Below, in pieces: positions 55,253 through 64,000 of a stretch of 64,000 nucleotides of DNA. Positions within the stretch are counted from its first letter, which is position 1; the number at the start of each line of letters is the position of its first letter. This DNA is from a virus, in the IMG/VR virus record IMGVR_UViG_3300035698_010970, positions 1 through 64,000 of that record; one strand, given 5' to 3'. A program made the translations under genes and the position numbers. The notes beneath the pieces are model-generated. The model made no database searches. It was not told where the DNA came from and saw only the letters and a program-made list of their open reading frames with translations.

Positions 55253-57837
55253 TAGCCATCTCCTTGTACAAGGGCTTTGAACAGCTCAAGGGCCACGTTA
55301 GGAATGCCACCAGCAAGCAAGACAACTCCAGCACCGTATGCCGCTGGACTATCGAAAGGCTTGTTCTGAGCAGACACCAGTGCCTGCAGAGTGCCGTCTG
55401 TGCCGTTGGCAATAGTTACCAACCCACTCGCAGCAGGGAGCCCCACAAACAGTCGGAGCAAGTTCTGGATCATCGAGTTGATACGGTTCAACAAAGCCTG
55501 AAGCTCAATGATCCGAGACTGTAGGAACTCGATAAATCGCCTGATGAGATCTGTGATAGCGTTGAGGGCTGCTCGAATGCTTTTCAGGATTGCGAGAAGC
55601 TCGTCGAAGAACCTGTCCACATCCGGAAGGCCTTGCGGGAAGAGACGGATAGCGATCCACCCCTTCTCTTGGGGCCGTACAACCGGTCCAATCGCAATTC
55701 GAAGAGCAAAGGCAGCTTGCTCTAACACGTTGTCGGGTACGAGGTTGCGAATGAACTGCAGCTCTTCGAACGTCGATTTTTCGCGCTCATACAGAACCGG
55801 AGCCTTGTCTTCGGAGCCGGCAACTACCAGGTTGTTCTTCTTGGACGCTGCTTGGAAGAAGTGCGGTTCCCGGGCTAGGACCGCGGGATTGACAGTTTGG
55901 GTCTTGACGGAGGAAACGTTGGGCGCTCCCGTGGCTTCGGGGTTCGGAGCAATGCCTTTCGTCAAGTCTGCCGAATAGAGCAGGCTCAGCAAGGACTCAT
56001 CATTCAAGGTGTAGTTGAGAAGGTCCTCGCAGGCGTCTACGACAACTTGAGCGATAGTCGGCGACGGTGGGTTCTCAACAAAGAGATCGTTAGCCAAGTT
56101 GAGGGCCGAGCGGGCAGTCTTCTTGCGCCACTTCGACAAGTTCTCAGTGGTGTTGTAGTACTTGTCAATACGACGATCTCGACCCACAAGACGAGACATG
56201 ATAAGGGCTGCTGCATCCTCAAGCTGTGTGGGGAGCCTTGCCGTGCCAACGTAATCCGCCCAAAATCTGCTTGGGAGAATTCCGTTCGCGTCAGCATTCG
56301 CCTCTGTGGGGGGAAAGCTGATCGTCTCTAGAGTTGGAGGTGCACCGTTTACTCCGGGAATCTCTCTCGTTCGGACAGGAAGGTCTGCTCGACATAGCAC
56401 CACAAGCAACAAAGCTTGTACGACGCACTTGAGGTACGCCTCAGTATTGGCGTCAGGAAAGACAATCTCAAACGGAGCAGAGGAAGGGCCAACGTCCTCG
56501 AAGTTGAACCCTAAAGCCATCGGGAACTCCACGGGGTCCGTACCATTGTCGATGGTGATCCTGTCAGCTTGGTATTGCCAATCTGCCTCGGATTCGATGT
56601 TGCGTGTTACGGCTCTAACCCGTACAAAGAACGAGTTTGGACGATCCCCAACTGTGACCTTAGTTTGACCACCGACTCCAATATCCCACGAAGCGCTCTT
56701 GGGCATCTCTTCAAAAGGAATGGTGATTCCGTACCCCTTACCGGGGAAGAAGAGGTTCTGACCAAAGGGAACGAAGAACGTTCGCTGTAGAAGGAACTCA
56801 TTCCCTTGTTGCAGATCGCTGAGCTGGATTGGAGCGGCATCAGCCAGGCTCTTCACGCCATAGACCCGAGCCCCCAAGGTCTTCCGTTCTCCCGTGAAAC
56901 TCGTAGCTTTGTTCCACTGAAGCTCGTCCGAGATCCGAAGTTGTTGGATGCCGCCGTAGAGCCGAATGGGCTGGCCATTGACGTTTACAGCTGTGCCAAC
57001 GTCCGTGCCCTTGTTGTCCGGAGAAGCCTCGATAGCCCCCTTGGTGGGTTTGTCGTACTGAAGCAAGATCCCACTTGCTTCCGTTGAAACTTCGATCAGG
57101 AAGCCTCGGGGAGGTAGTTGAGCAAAGTTCGTTACGAAGTTGCCAGGAGCTGAAGCCATCTGCCACGTCAAGTTGACGGCATTGACCGTAGTGCTGACGT
57201 TTTGGTCTTTTCGGAAAGCTCGTGTAGGTAGTACGCCAGGCTTTCCGAACGAGAAAATGGACGCACCATCAAGACCGTACTTCGCCTGGACATTGGCGGG
57301 AGTGCCAAGCAAGGGTTTGAGATCGATCTTCTGGTTGAAGAGATTCATGATGCCCCGAATGAGGGCAAGCAACCTATCAACAGCAGTCAGGTCAACCGAC
57401 AAGTACAAGAAGACCGAGATGACCGTGGATAGAGAAGAAATGTTCGGTCGGTTGGGATCTCGTCGGTCAACGAGACGAGAGATCATGCGCTTCTCGTATG
57501 CCGAGAACCCACCTCGAAGGTCCTTGAACTCAGGTCCTTCTAGGATGTAGAAGTCCCCGTGGATATACAGGCCCGCTTGTCTTAGGTCGTTGAGAATGGC
57601 TTCAATAAGCGCTAGGAGAGCTTCGATAAGCGCGATGATAGGATCGAGGAAGCCAATCGCAAAGGTCTTGAGGACCTCAAGGATCTGGAGAAGGATGTTG
57701 AGGATGTTGATGAGCGCCGTGAAGAACGCATCAACAGCTTGGCGAACACCTTCCAGAAAATCGGGAATAGCAAGATTGACAGTCTGCCATTCACCGACTG
57801 CTCCCGCTGCTCCTCCACCAAATTCTGGGTTCGCCAT
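55252..57837 (-). CDS. Probable virion protein with long amphipathic helices at both ends (861 aa)
   Basis: Ile/Leu-rich helical runs at the N- and C-termini. Confidence 0.7.
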   Translation of the reverse strand: MANPEFGGGAAGAVGEWQTVNLAIPDFLEGVRQAVDAFFTALINILNILLQILEVLKTFAIGFLDPIIALIEALLALIEAILNDLRQAGLYIHGDFYILEGPEFKDLRGGFSAYEKRMISRLVDRRDPNRPNISSLSTVISVFLYLSVDLTAVDRLLALIRGIMNLFNQKIDLKPLLGTPANVQAKYGLDGASIFSFGKPGVLPTRAFRKDQNVSTTVNAVNLTWQMASAPGNFVTNFAQLPPRGFLIEVSTEASGILLQYDKPTKGAIEASPDNKGTDVGTAVNVNGQPIRLYGGIQQLRISDELQWNKATSFTGERKTLGARVYGVKSLADAAPIQLSDLQQGNEFLLQRTFFVPFGQNLFFPGKGYGITIPFEEMPKSASWDIGVGGQTKVTVGDRPNSFFVRVRAVTRNIESEADWQYQADRITIDNGTDPVEFPMALGFNFEDVGPSSAPFEIVFPDANTEAYLKCVVQALLLVVLCRADLPVRTREIPGVNGAPPTLETISFPPTEANADANGILPSRFWADYVGTARLPTQLEDAAALIMSRLVGRDRRIDKYYNTTENLSKWRKKTARSALNLANDLFVENPPSPTIAQVVVDACEDLLNYTLNDESLLSLLYSADLTKGIAPNPEATGAPNVSSVKTQTVNPAVLAREPHFFQAASKKNNLVVAGSEDKAPVLYEREKSTFEELQFIRNLVPDNVLEQAAFALRIAIGPVVRPQEKGWIAIRLFPQGLPDVDRFFDELLAILKSIRAALNAITDLIRRFIEFLQSRIIELQALLNRINSMIQNLLRLFVGLPAASGLVTIANGTDGTLQALVSAQNKPFDSPAAYGAGVVLLAGGIPNVALELFKALVQGDG

Positions 57838-57841
57838 CTAA

Positions 57842-58096
57842 CTACCTGCCCCCGCCGTACTTCAACCGGTTGAGCTTCATGTTCAGCTCAGCGATCTTGT
57901 TCTGGTCTTCCTTGATCTGATTGCCGAGAAGCTCCTTGAGGTTCTCAAGACCTCCAGCGATACGCTTGAACGAAGGGATCGTGAAGGCTTCAGCGTCCCC
58001 AGAAGGCTCCGTGTTCTCCCAAGTGCCCACAGGAATTTCCATCTCGTCCAGCACCTTCTGTGCTTCTTCGATCGTGATGTCTTCGTCCTTCTTCAT
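57842..58096 (-). CDS. Small coiled-coil protein (84 aa)
   Basis: ATGA-coupled; heptad C-terminus. Confidence 0.65.
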   Translation of the reverse strand: MKKDEDITIEEAQKVLDEMEIPVGTWENTEPSGDAEAFTIPSFKRIAGGLENLKELLGNQIKEDQNKIAELNMKLNRLKYGGGR

Positions 58097-61000
58097 TCTG
58101 TCGCATCCTGTAGGGCTTTGGCCTTCTTCTGCTCGTTGGCTTGCTTGCGCAGCTGCTTCGGCAACTCTCGTTCCCGGATCGTGATCTGCCTAATGTAACC
58201 ATCTTCACGGTTAACGCGAGCGCTAATCCATGAGAGCCGCAAAGGTCGGAATTGGTCGTTGTTGTCCAACACGTCATCAAGGAGATCCGTCAACACAGGT
58301 CGTCCGTCTCCCTCCGGAGCCGCAGGGTTGCCCGCATTGTCCTCGAAGGTTGAGTACGTTGGTGCGCCAGGCTGTTGGAAAGGACGCTCAGCGTCCAGCC
58401 TCGTGTCTCCTACCCAGAACCGTCGGTCAAGGACCGAGAGACAGTCCGTGGCATTCGCAAAGGGGGAAACTTGCGCTACTCCCGCGAGACCTTCCACAAA
58501 GACGTTGCTGAGGACTCCGAGTCCTTCGTCAGGGATGAGTGGGTTCCCAAGGTCCGAGATGTGTGCGTCACGCTGGAACACGAAGTAGCTGCCGCCTTTC
58601 CTGCCTTGGAATAGTACGTTGAACTCCTCGATGAAGCTGAGGGTCCTCTCTCGCATCAACAAGACGAGATCGATAGCCTCATCACTAAACAGTGGTGAGG
58701 GCCTGAAAACTCGATAGGAGATAGGCGCCACGGAAAAGAGGTTGCCTCCGAACGAGTCCGCAGGGGAGCCCAGCTGTCCCGCGTATGCCGTGGGACGAAG
58801 GTCTTGCTGCCCCTCTTGACCCCCCGAGTTGAAGGCTGCCGCAGAGGCACTCACAGTTGGAAGTACGGCATACTCAGCGACACTACCGAAGGTAACGTTG
58901 TCTCCTGCAAATTCCCCGGAGAACTCCGAAGCCGGGCTCACCAAAATCTCGGCAGTCGTGGTCTCTCGAACCCGATACCAACCTCGGTTATCGTCTAGCT
59001 CGGAGGGTTGCCCAGCGATGAAGGGAACTTGCTGACCGACTGAAGCCACAGTTCGGTTGGGAACCGAACGATCTCCGAAGGGCCTCACACCGAACTCGGG
59101 ACCCGTCACCGGGATAGCCCCCCCGATCCCTGACAAGGCGCCGGAAGGATCAATCAAAAGGATGTCGCCCTCTTCGATTCCCAAGCTTCCAAAGTTGATT
59201 GACGTGTCCGTATCTCTCAACCCACGTGGTTCCACAGGATCAGTCTTCGCAGGAACGTAGCCTCCCTCTTGAGTCGAGAAGTCTCCCGTTCTCTCGAAGA
59301 GCACTCGGTCTGTGATGAGGTCTAGGAGCTGCGCGTTGCTTTGCTCATGGGGGACCGGCACAAATCTCAAGTAGATCTCGAAGGAAAGGCCCGCCACGTT
59401 TGGCGTCGCAACATTGACGATTCCGGGAGCCTTGAGCAGGATCCTTTCTGCGTCCAGCACAGCTGCAATCTCGACTTGATCGACAAGGTTCCCGTCTGCA
59501 TCGAGAAGACGCAGCATGTCTCCCGGGTTCACGTTGACATTGGGATCGTCAAACCCACCGAGCTGAGTACCTCCGGTAGACCGAAGAACGAAAGGCCAAA
59601 CGTCTCCCGTGGGAGGCACAGCCTGAGCACCGAAGGAAGCCACTGTTCCTCGACGGATCTCGTACACGTAACGTAGGGGCTCAATAGCAGCCGCAACGTC
59701 ATCTTGCTGTAGATGGAACCGTCGGATGCGGCGAACTTCAAAGGTGACGCGTTCCGGAGATACGGCACCAAAAGCCGTTGAGCTACGGAAGCCCACTGCT
59801 GCAAGCGCCGAGTTGTTGTTGATGTCGACCACACGAGACGCAATTCCCGTGAGATCGAGGACAGGTCGGGGAGACGTGGGCTCAAGGAAGACTCCAGCTT
59901 GCGCCCTGAAGCCTGGGTTCACGCCATCAGAAGTCGTGATGCGGTCTCCAGGGAACAAGCAGTCTACAGCCGTAGCCACACCACCATGGAGCGTTGTCCA
60001 GTTAGCCGTGGAGACATCCCAACGAAGAAGGGAGGCCACGCTAGGATACACAATCGCATCCTCGTCAATCTGGAAAGTTGTCGTAGCTACCGGAGTGTGT
60101 TCGAGAACACGGATCTCGTTTGCCGCAGGGTTGCCCCCTTCAAGAATGTCCCCATCCGGACCGCCAGCAAAGGAGAATGAGAGCGAGCCAATCAGGTCAG
60201 GGTTTTCGAAGGTGATCTCTCCGAACCCAAAAGCGGAGTTGTACGCACCAGCTTGGCGGTAACCTACGAGGTTCCGAGGAAGCCCCGTACCTGCACGGTC
60301 CATCCGTACCTCAGCAGCTGTGAACCCTGAAACGTAGGTGCCCTCAATACCGAGAAGAGCACCAATGGCAACGCCGCCACCGTTTGCGTCTTGCACCGGC
60401 GCAACGATATCGAAGACCCCCGTGTTTACGTTGAATCCTGTGTAGGCAACGCTAAGGGTTTGGGCGATATCTCCGGTGTTGACCAGGAAGTACAAGCGAC
60501 CCGTAGCTGGCCAAGCCGTTTCACCATTTGAAAGTCGCGCGGTGGAGAGGGTAATCTCTAACCCTAGGATGTTGACGCTCGTAACTGTGGGGAACTCCAA
60601 CTGGAGCCACCCTTGACCTGCGTTCAACGGAGCACTAGTTGCTGTTAACTCCAACGCTTGGAACTCCTCAGCAGCATCCGGTTGAATAGCGTGCTTTACG
60701 ACGTAGGTCCCGGCTTTCGTTGTTGCGGACGTCAAAGCAGCTTCAGACTGCGAAACGACCAGAACGTCTCCCGGCTCAATGCTGGCGAGGTTCCCTGCTG
60801 CCAGGTCTACGAAGTCTACGGCCACCCGGTTATCCAAGTCTGGATCAATAGAGGCAGCCTCGCAGGTACCGACACCTTGAGCGATGACGCCATCCTCATC
60901 TTGCGAGGAGGATGGCAGGGCCGAGAACGTGACGCCAGTCTCCTGGATTGGTGTGTTGCTGAAGCCCTCGAAAGCCGGAACTTTGACAGAGCCAATCCCT

Positions 61001-64000
61001 GTAAAGAGATCGAAGGTACCAACAGGCGGGAACGTGTTAGAGCGACTCAGGAACGTGAAGGGTGCTCCACCGTTTACAGACGCCGGAGCATTGACGGTGA
61101 TGTCTTCAGATCCGGGACCGGATACGAAGTCCACAGAGAGTTGGCTAAGAACGGGCTGCCCGTCGACCGCTCCAACGTCGCGCTCAATTACCGACCGCAT
61201 ATCGATGTTCTCCTGGAACGTCAAGCGGTCACCCAAGATGGCTCCGGACGTGGAGGACCCGCTTGCCGAGGTCGTGTCTACATCAACCGTGAACCACAAA
61301 GGCCGAGAGAATCCCGGGTTTCCCGGGTCTTCAGGTACGTCAGACGCACCAAGCCCGACGTTCAGAAAGGCTGCCGCGGTTTGCACAGTGAGCATTTGCT
61401 GCTCGAACGTCGGCTGCACTGCGACGGCTTGCGGACCTAGACCTGAGAACAATGCCTCAGCCGTGGGTGCACCGTTGTTCATTCGAAGCTCAATCGCGCC
61501 TACGTACACAACCGGGTTGACGCCATCTGAAGCAGTCCAAACATGGATTGTGATGATGTTGTCGTTGTTGGGGTAAGCGAAGGCTCCTGCAGGGCTCAGG
61601 ATATCGTTGAATCCTCCGTTGCTACCCGCGGGCTGGCCGTCGTTGAACACCTGGAAGCCGGGTGAAACCGAGGTCGTGTCAAACGTCGTGGTTGCAGCAC
61701 CAAAGGTGTTGATGACCATCCCAGGCGGGTTCCCTACCGGGCTCTGGTTGATGAAGCTCTGAATGGAGCGGAAGCTGTATCGGATACGGCTCGTCAGCGC
61801 TGTAGGCGTGACAAACCGGGGAGGCTCAAGGACACTTCCCCCTGCTCCACCGGAAACGGCTCCGACAGACAGCAAGCCTTGCGATCCAAAGGGGATGCCG
61901 GCTTGAGGGCTCTCCACAAACAAGAAGTCGAAGGCAGCAACGTCGCCGATTCCCGAGTTGGGAGCGTAGCCCCCAGCCGTTGCAACAGGAGTCGCATCCA
62001 AGCTCGTAAGAAGCTGTGCGGCTACGATTGCTCCGTCCAAGCCTTGAACCTCATCGGGATAGACTGCACCAGGCAAGGGTGAATCCAAGCCCAGCAGGTT
62101 TTCGAAAGCGATCTTTGCTTGCCCAAGACGGTCTAGCTCAGTGTTCTGAGCATACAGGTACGGAAGCGTGTAGTCTCCGTCATCATTGACGAACCCTCCC
62201 GTGAGTGCGGGAATCTTCGCAGGCTCCGTGAGGCTGTTCGAGAACCGAACGTCGGCTTCGAGGTACTCCAACGGGTTTGGAGTTTTCTGCCCAAAGATCT
62301 CCTTGACGGGGAAGAGCGGATCTCGAATCGAGGGCATGGAAATGTCCACGTACTCCCCATCTCCATTGTCCACGCGAACATCGAAGCCGACTCGGAAGTT
62401 CGGGATGCCTTCAGCCTGAGCTTCCTTCTCCGCATTATCCGGAGGATCTGAAGACTGGAAGTCTACTTGAGGGGGAGCAATGAAGATAGTGTCTCCGCGC
62501 TCCAGCGTCAGAGGTTCTGCGGTGTCCTCATCGAGCCCTTGCTCAAGGATATCTGCTGCGGTGGAGATGGAGTCTCCGTCATCATCCACAAACGTGATGA
62601 TGCACCCTTGCAAAATCTCCTCAACGAAGATGCGCTTAGGAAGCGTGATGTTATCCAGCCCAAAGGGCAGAGAGGACGTCTTTGACGTGACGATGTCGAC
62701 GATAGCTCCCGTAGGTCGTCCAAAAGTGACTTGTGGATAGCGTCGATCATCACTGTTGAACGTGAAGAAGGCGGGAGTCAGAAGATCCGGGTCTCCTGTT
62801 GTGAGGTCTGGAAGGTCTCCCCCGTTCGCTAGCAATTGCGCAACATCAGGGAAGCCGTCATCCCGGAGTGGGAAGTCGTGCAGAGGAAGAACCGTAGCGA
62901 TGACCGCAGGTCGGGGATCTCCAATGAACGAGATGTCGATCTCTGGGAACCCCGTAGGAGAATACGCAAAGATCCGAGCCCGAGGCAAACGCTTCCGAAC
63001 GGAGATACCGGAGATGCCTGTCAGCTGCCCTAGAACCGGGTTCCCAACATCGCCGATGGACTTGAAGAACGTCGAAGCTCGACGGCGGCCCCCTCCACCC
63101 TTGAAGTTGAGCAGCTCTTTGATCTTCAGGAAAGAGTAGACGCCGGGATTGACGGGTGAGGCGTCGAGATCAGATCCGATGCCCGGATCCGTAAGCGTGA
63201 AAGCTCCCGCAGACTCCGGGAACAGACGGGAGAAAGAGCTTGGCTCACTGGTCTTGCGGTATTTGCCAAAGGCTTCCAACCGGAAAGGATTAAGGCGCAG
63301 ACGCTTACGTGTACGAGATACCAGGACGATGTCGTCGATGTCGTTCGCCACCAAATCCCTTTGCTGGTTGATCAACTCTCCGAGCAAGTCAGGATCTATG
63401 AAACTTCCAACAACGCTGTCTCCCGACAAGCTTGCATCGTTTGGATCTACGAGTGGGTCTCGTGTCAGGTGAGTAATGCTGCGGTTGTAGGCGAAGAACA
63501 ACTCCGAGAATACGTTGCGACGGTTGAGATCACCAGTGATAGCGTTCTCGAAGCCGGGAGGAGGAATTTCTCGATCACGACCAACGTAGAACTGAAACTT
63601 ACCATCCCGGTCTCCTACGATGTCCCCCGTGATGGTCTCTCGAACCTGCTCGAAAGCCCGAATAGTGCGGTTGTAGAAGTCGATGAAAATACGAGCTGCC
63701 CGGTCTTGGTCTTCGATATCCGAAATCTGTGCTCGAAGGCCGACGTTGCCTTGGTCATGGTTGACGATTGAAGGCGGAATAGCAGCAATGGCTCCCCGAG
63801 AGGGTAGCCGTGCCACTGCGTCTTGAGCGATGTCCGTGCCAACTTCGGACAGGTAACCAAGGACCGGGACAGTACGGTAGAAGAAGTTGTCCGGGTTCGA
63901 GAACGTATACTTCGCACGAAGAATCTCCCCTGTGACCCCTGCTCCATCTTCTCCTTGGAGGTTCAAGACGCGCGTGTATGAAGCCAAGAACCGTGGCGTA
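58093..64000 (-). CDS. Giant virion structural protein (>1960 aa, 5' end outside the window)
   Basis: The frame is open to the window edge; acidic Gly/Pro/Ser/Thr-rich like its neighbours. Confidence 0.8.
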   Translation of the reverse strand, partial: TPRFLASYTRVLNLQGEDGAGVTGEILRAKYTFSNPDNFFYRTVPVLGYLSEVGTDIAQDAVARLPSRGAIAAIPPSIVNHDQGNVGLRAQISDIEDQDRAARIFIDFYNRTIRAFEQVRETITGDIVGDRDGKFQFYVGRDREIPPPGFENAITGDLNRRNVFSELFFAYNRSITHLTRDPLVDPNDASLSGDSVVGSFIDPDLLGELINQQRDLVANDIDDIVLVSRTRKRLRLNPFRLEAFGKYRKTSEPSSFSRLFPESAGAFTLTDPGIGSDLDASPVNPGVYSFLKIKELLNFKGGGGRRRASTFFKSIGDVGNPVLGQLTGISGISVRKRLPRARIFAYSPTGFPEIDISFIGDPRPAVIATVLPLHDFPLRDDGFPDVAQLLANGGDLPDLTTGDPDLLTPAFFTFNSDDRRYPQVTFGRPTGAIVDIVTSKTSSLPFGLDNITLPKRIFVEEILQGCIITFVDDDGDSISTAADILEQGLDEDTAEPLTLERGDTIFIAPPQVDFQSSDPPDNAEKEAQAEGIPNFRVGFDVRVDNGDGEYVDISMPSIRDPLFPVKEIFGQKTPNPLEYLEADVRFSNSLTEPAKIPALTGGFVNDDGDYTLPYLYAQNTELDRLGQAKIAFENLLGLDSPLPGAVYPDEVQGLDGAIVAAQLLTSLDATPVATAGGYAPNSGIGDVAAFDFLFVESPQAGIPFGSQGLLSVGAVSGGAGGSVLEPPRFVTPTALTSRIRYSFRSIQSFINQSPVGNPPGMVINTFGAATTTFDTTSVSPGFQVFNDGQPAGSNGGFNDILSPAGAFAYPNNDNIITIHVWTASDGVNPVVYVGAIELRMNNGAPTAEALFSGLGPQAVAVQPTFEQQMLTVQTAAAFLNVGLGASDVPEDPGNPGFSRPLWFTVDVDTTSASGSSTSGAILGDRLTFQENIDMRSVIERDVGAVDGQPVLSQLSVDFVSGPGSEDITVNAPASVNGGAPFTFLSRSNTFPPVGTFDLFTGIGSVKVPAFEGFSNTPIQETGVTFSALPSSSQDEDGVIAQGVGTCEAASIDPDLDNRVAVDFVDLAAGNLASIEPGDVLVVSQSEAALTSATTKAGTYVVKHAIQPDAAEEFQALELTATSAPLNAGQGWLQLEFPTVTSVNILGLEITLSTARLSNGETAWPATGRLYFLVNTGDIAQTLSVAYTGFNVNTGVFDIVAPVQDANGGGVAIGALLGIEGTYVSGFTAAEVRMDRAGTGLPRNLVGYRQAGAYNSAFGFGEITFENPDLIGSLSFSFAGGPDGDILEGGNPAANEIRVLEHTPVATTTFQIDEDAIVYPSVASLLRWDVSTANWTTLHGGVATAVDCLFPGDRITTSDGVNPGFRAQAGVFLEPTSPRPVLDLTGIASRVVDINNNSALAAVGFRSSTAFGAVSPERVTFEVRRIRRFHLQQDDVAAAIEPLRYVYEIRRGTVASFGAQAVPPTGDVWPFVLRSTGGTQLGGFDDPNVNVNPGDMLRLLDADGNLVDQVEIAAVLDAERILLKAPGIVNVATPNVAGLSFEIYLRFVPVPHEQSNAQLLDLITDRVLFERTGDFSTQEGGYVPAKTDPVEPRGLRDTDTSINFGSLGIEEGDILLIDPSGALSGIGGAIPVTGPEFGVRPFGDRSVPNRTVASVGQQVPFIAGQPSELDDNRGWYRVRETTTAEILVSPASEFSGEFAGDNVTFGSVAEYAVLPTVSASAAAFNSGGQEGQQDLRPTAYAGQLGSPADSFGGNLFSVAPISYRVFRPSPLFSDEAIDLVLLMRERTLSFIEEFNVLFQGRKGGSYFVFQRDAHISDLGNPLIPDEGLGVLSNVFVEGLAGVAQVSPFANATDCLSVLDRRFWVGDTRLDAERPFQQPGAPTYSTFEDNAGNPAAPEGDGRPVLTDLLDDVLDNNDQFRPLRLSWISARVNREDGYIRQITIRERELPKQLRKQANEQKKAKALQDATE

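Noticed and set aside
1-64000. Many plus-strand ORFs (for example 16709-17572, 23720-24616, 39593-40465)
   Set aside because: They are antisense shadows of long minus-strand genes and carry no recognisable motifs.
1-64000. Stop-codon recoding
   Set aside because: Genes tile densely under code 11, and TAA, TAG and TGA all end genes.

Overview
The window looks like a 64-kb piece of a large (jumbo-like) contractile-tailed phage genome. Essentially every credible gene is on the minus strand, tightly packed and often coupled by ATGA/TAGATG overlaps. Reading in the direction of transcription (right to left) there are three parts. (1) About 43 kb of virion/baseplate genes (64000-20960): gp25-like, baseplate-J-like, tail-collar-like and several 1000-2000+ aa acidic Gly/Ser/Thr/Asp-rich proteins, ending at a rho-independent terminator at ~20910-20941. 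(2) An accessory region (20900-7440) of small genes driven by a repeated GT(T/G)C(A/T)(C/T)TTT-N13-CGTAGAG promoter-like motif. It includes a P-loop PNK-like kinase, a Lar-like Zn ribbon, a DUF3228-like protein, a WGR-PARP, three paralogous glycine-rich microproteins directly upstream of a GroEL-like chaperonin, a PD-(D/E)xK-like protein plus SNF2 helicase, and an apparently dead M15-like peptidase with a PG-binding domain. (3) A replication operon (7242-1): intein-containing SNF2 helicase, degenerate DnaC-like loader, intein-containing DnaB helicase and a type III Mod-like adenine methyltransferase. The best candidates for undescribed systems are a ~129-nt promoter-driven, tRNA-like structured RNA at 7303-7431, the Gly-rich microprotein/GroEL cassette, and the phage PARP. 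All family assignments come from motif recognition by eye; no database searches were run.
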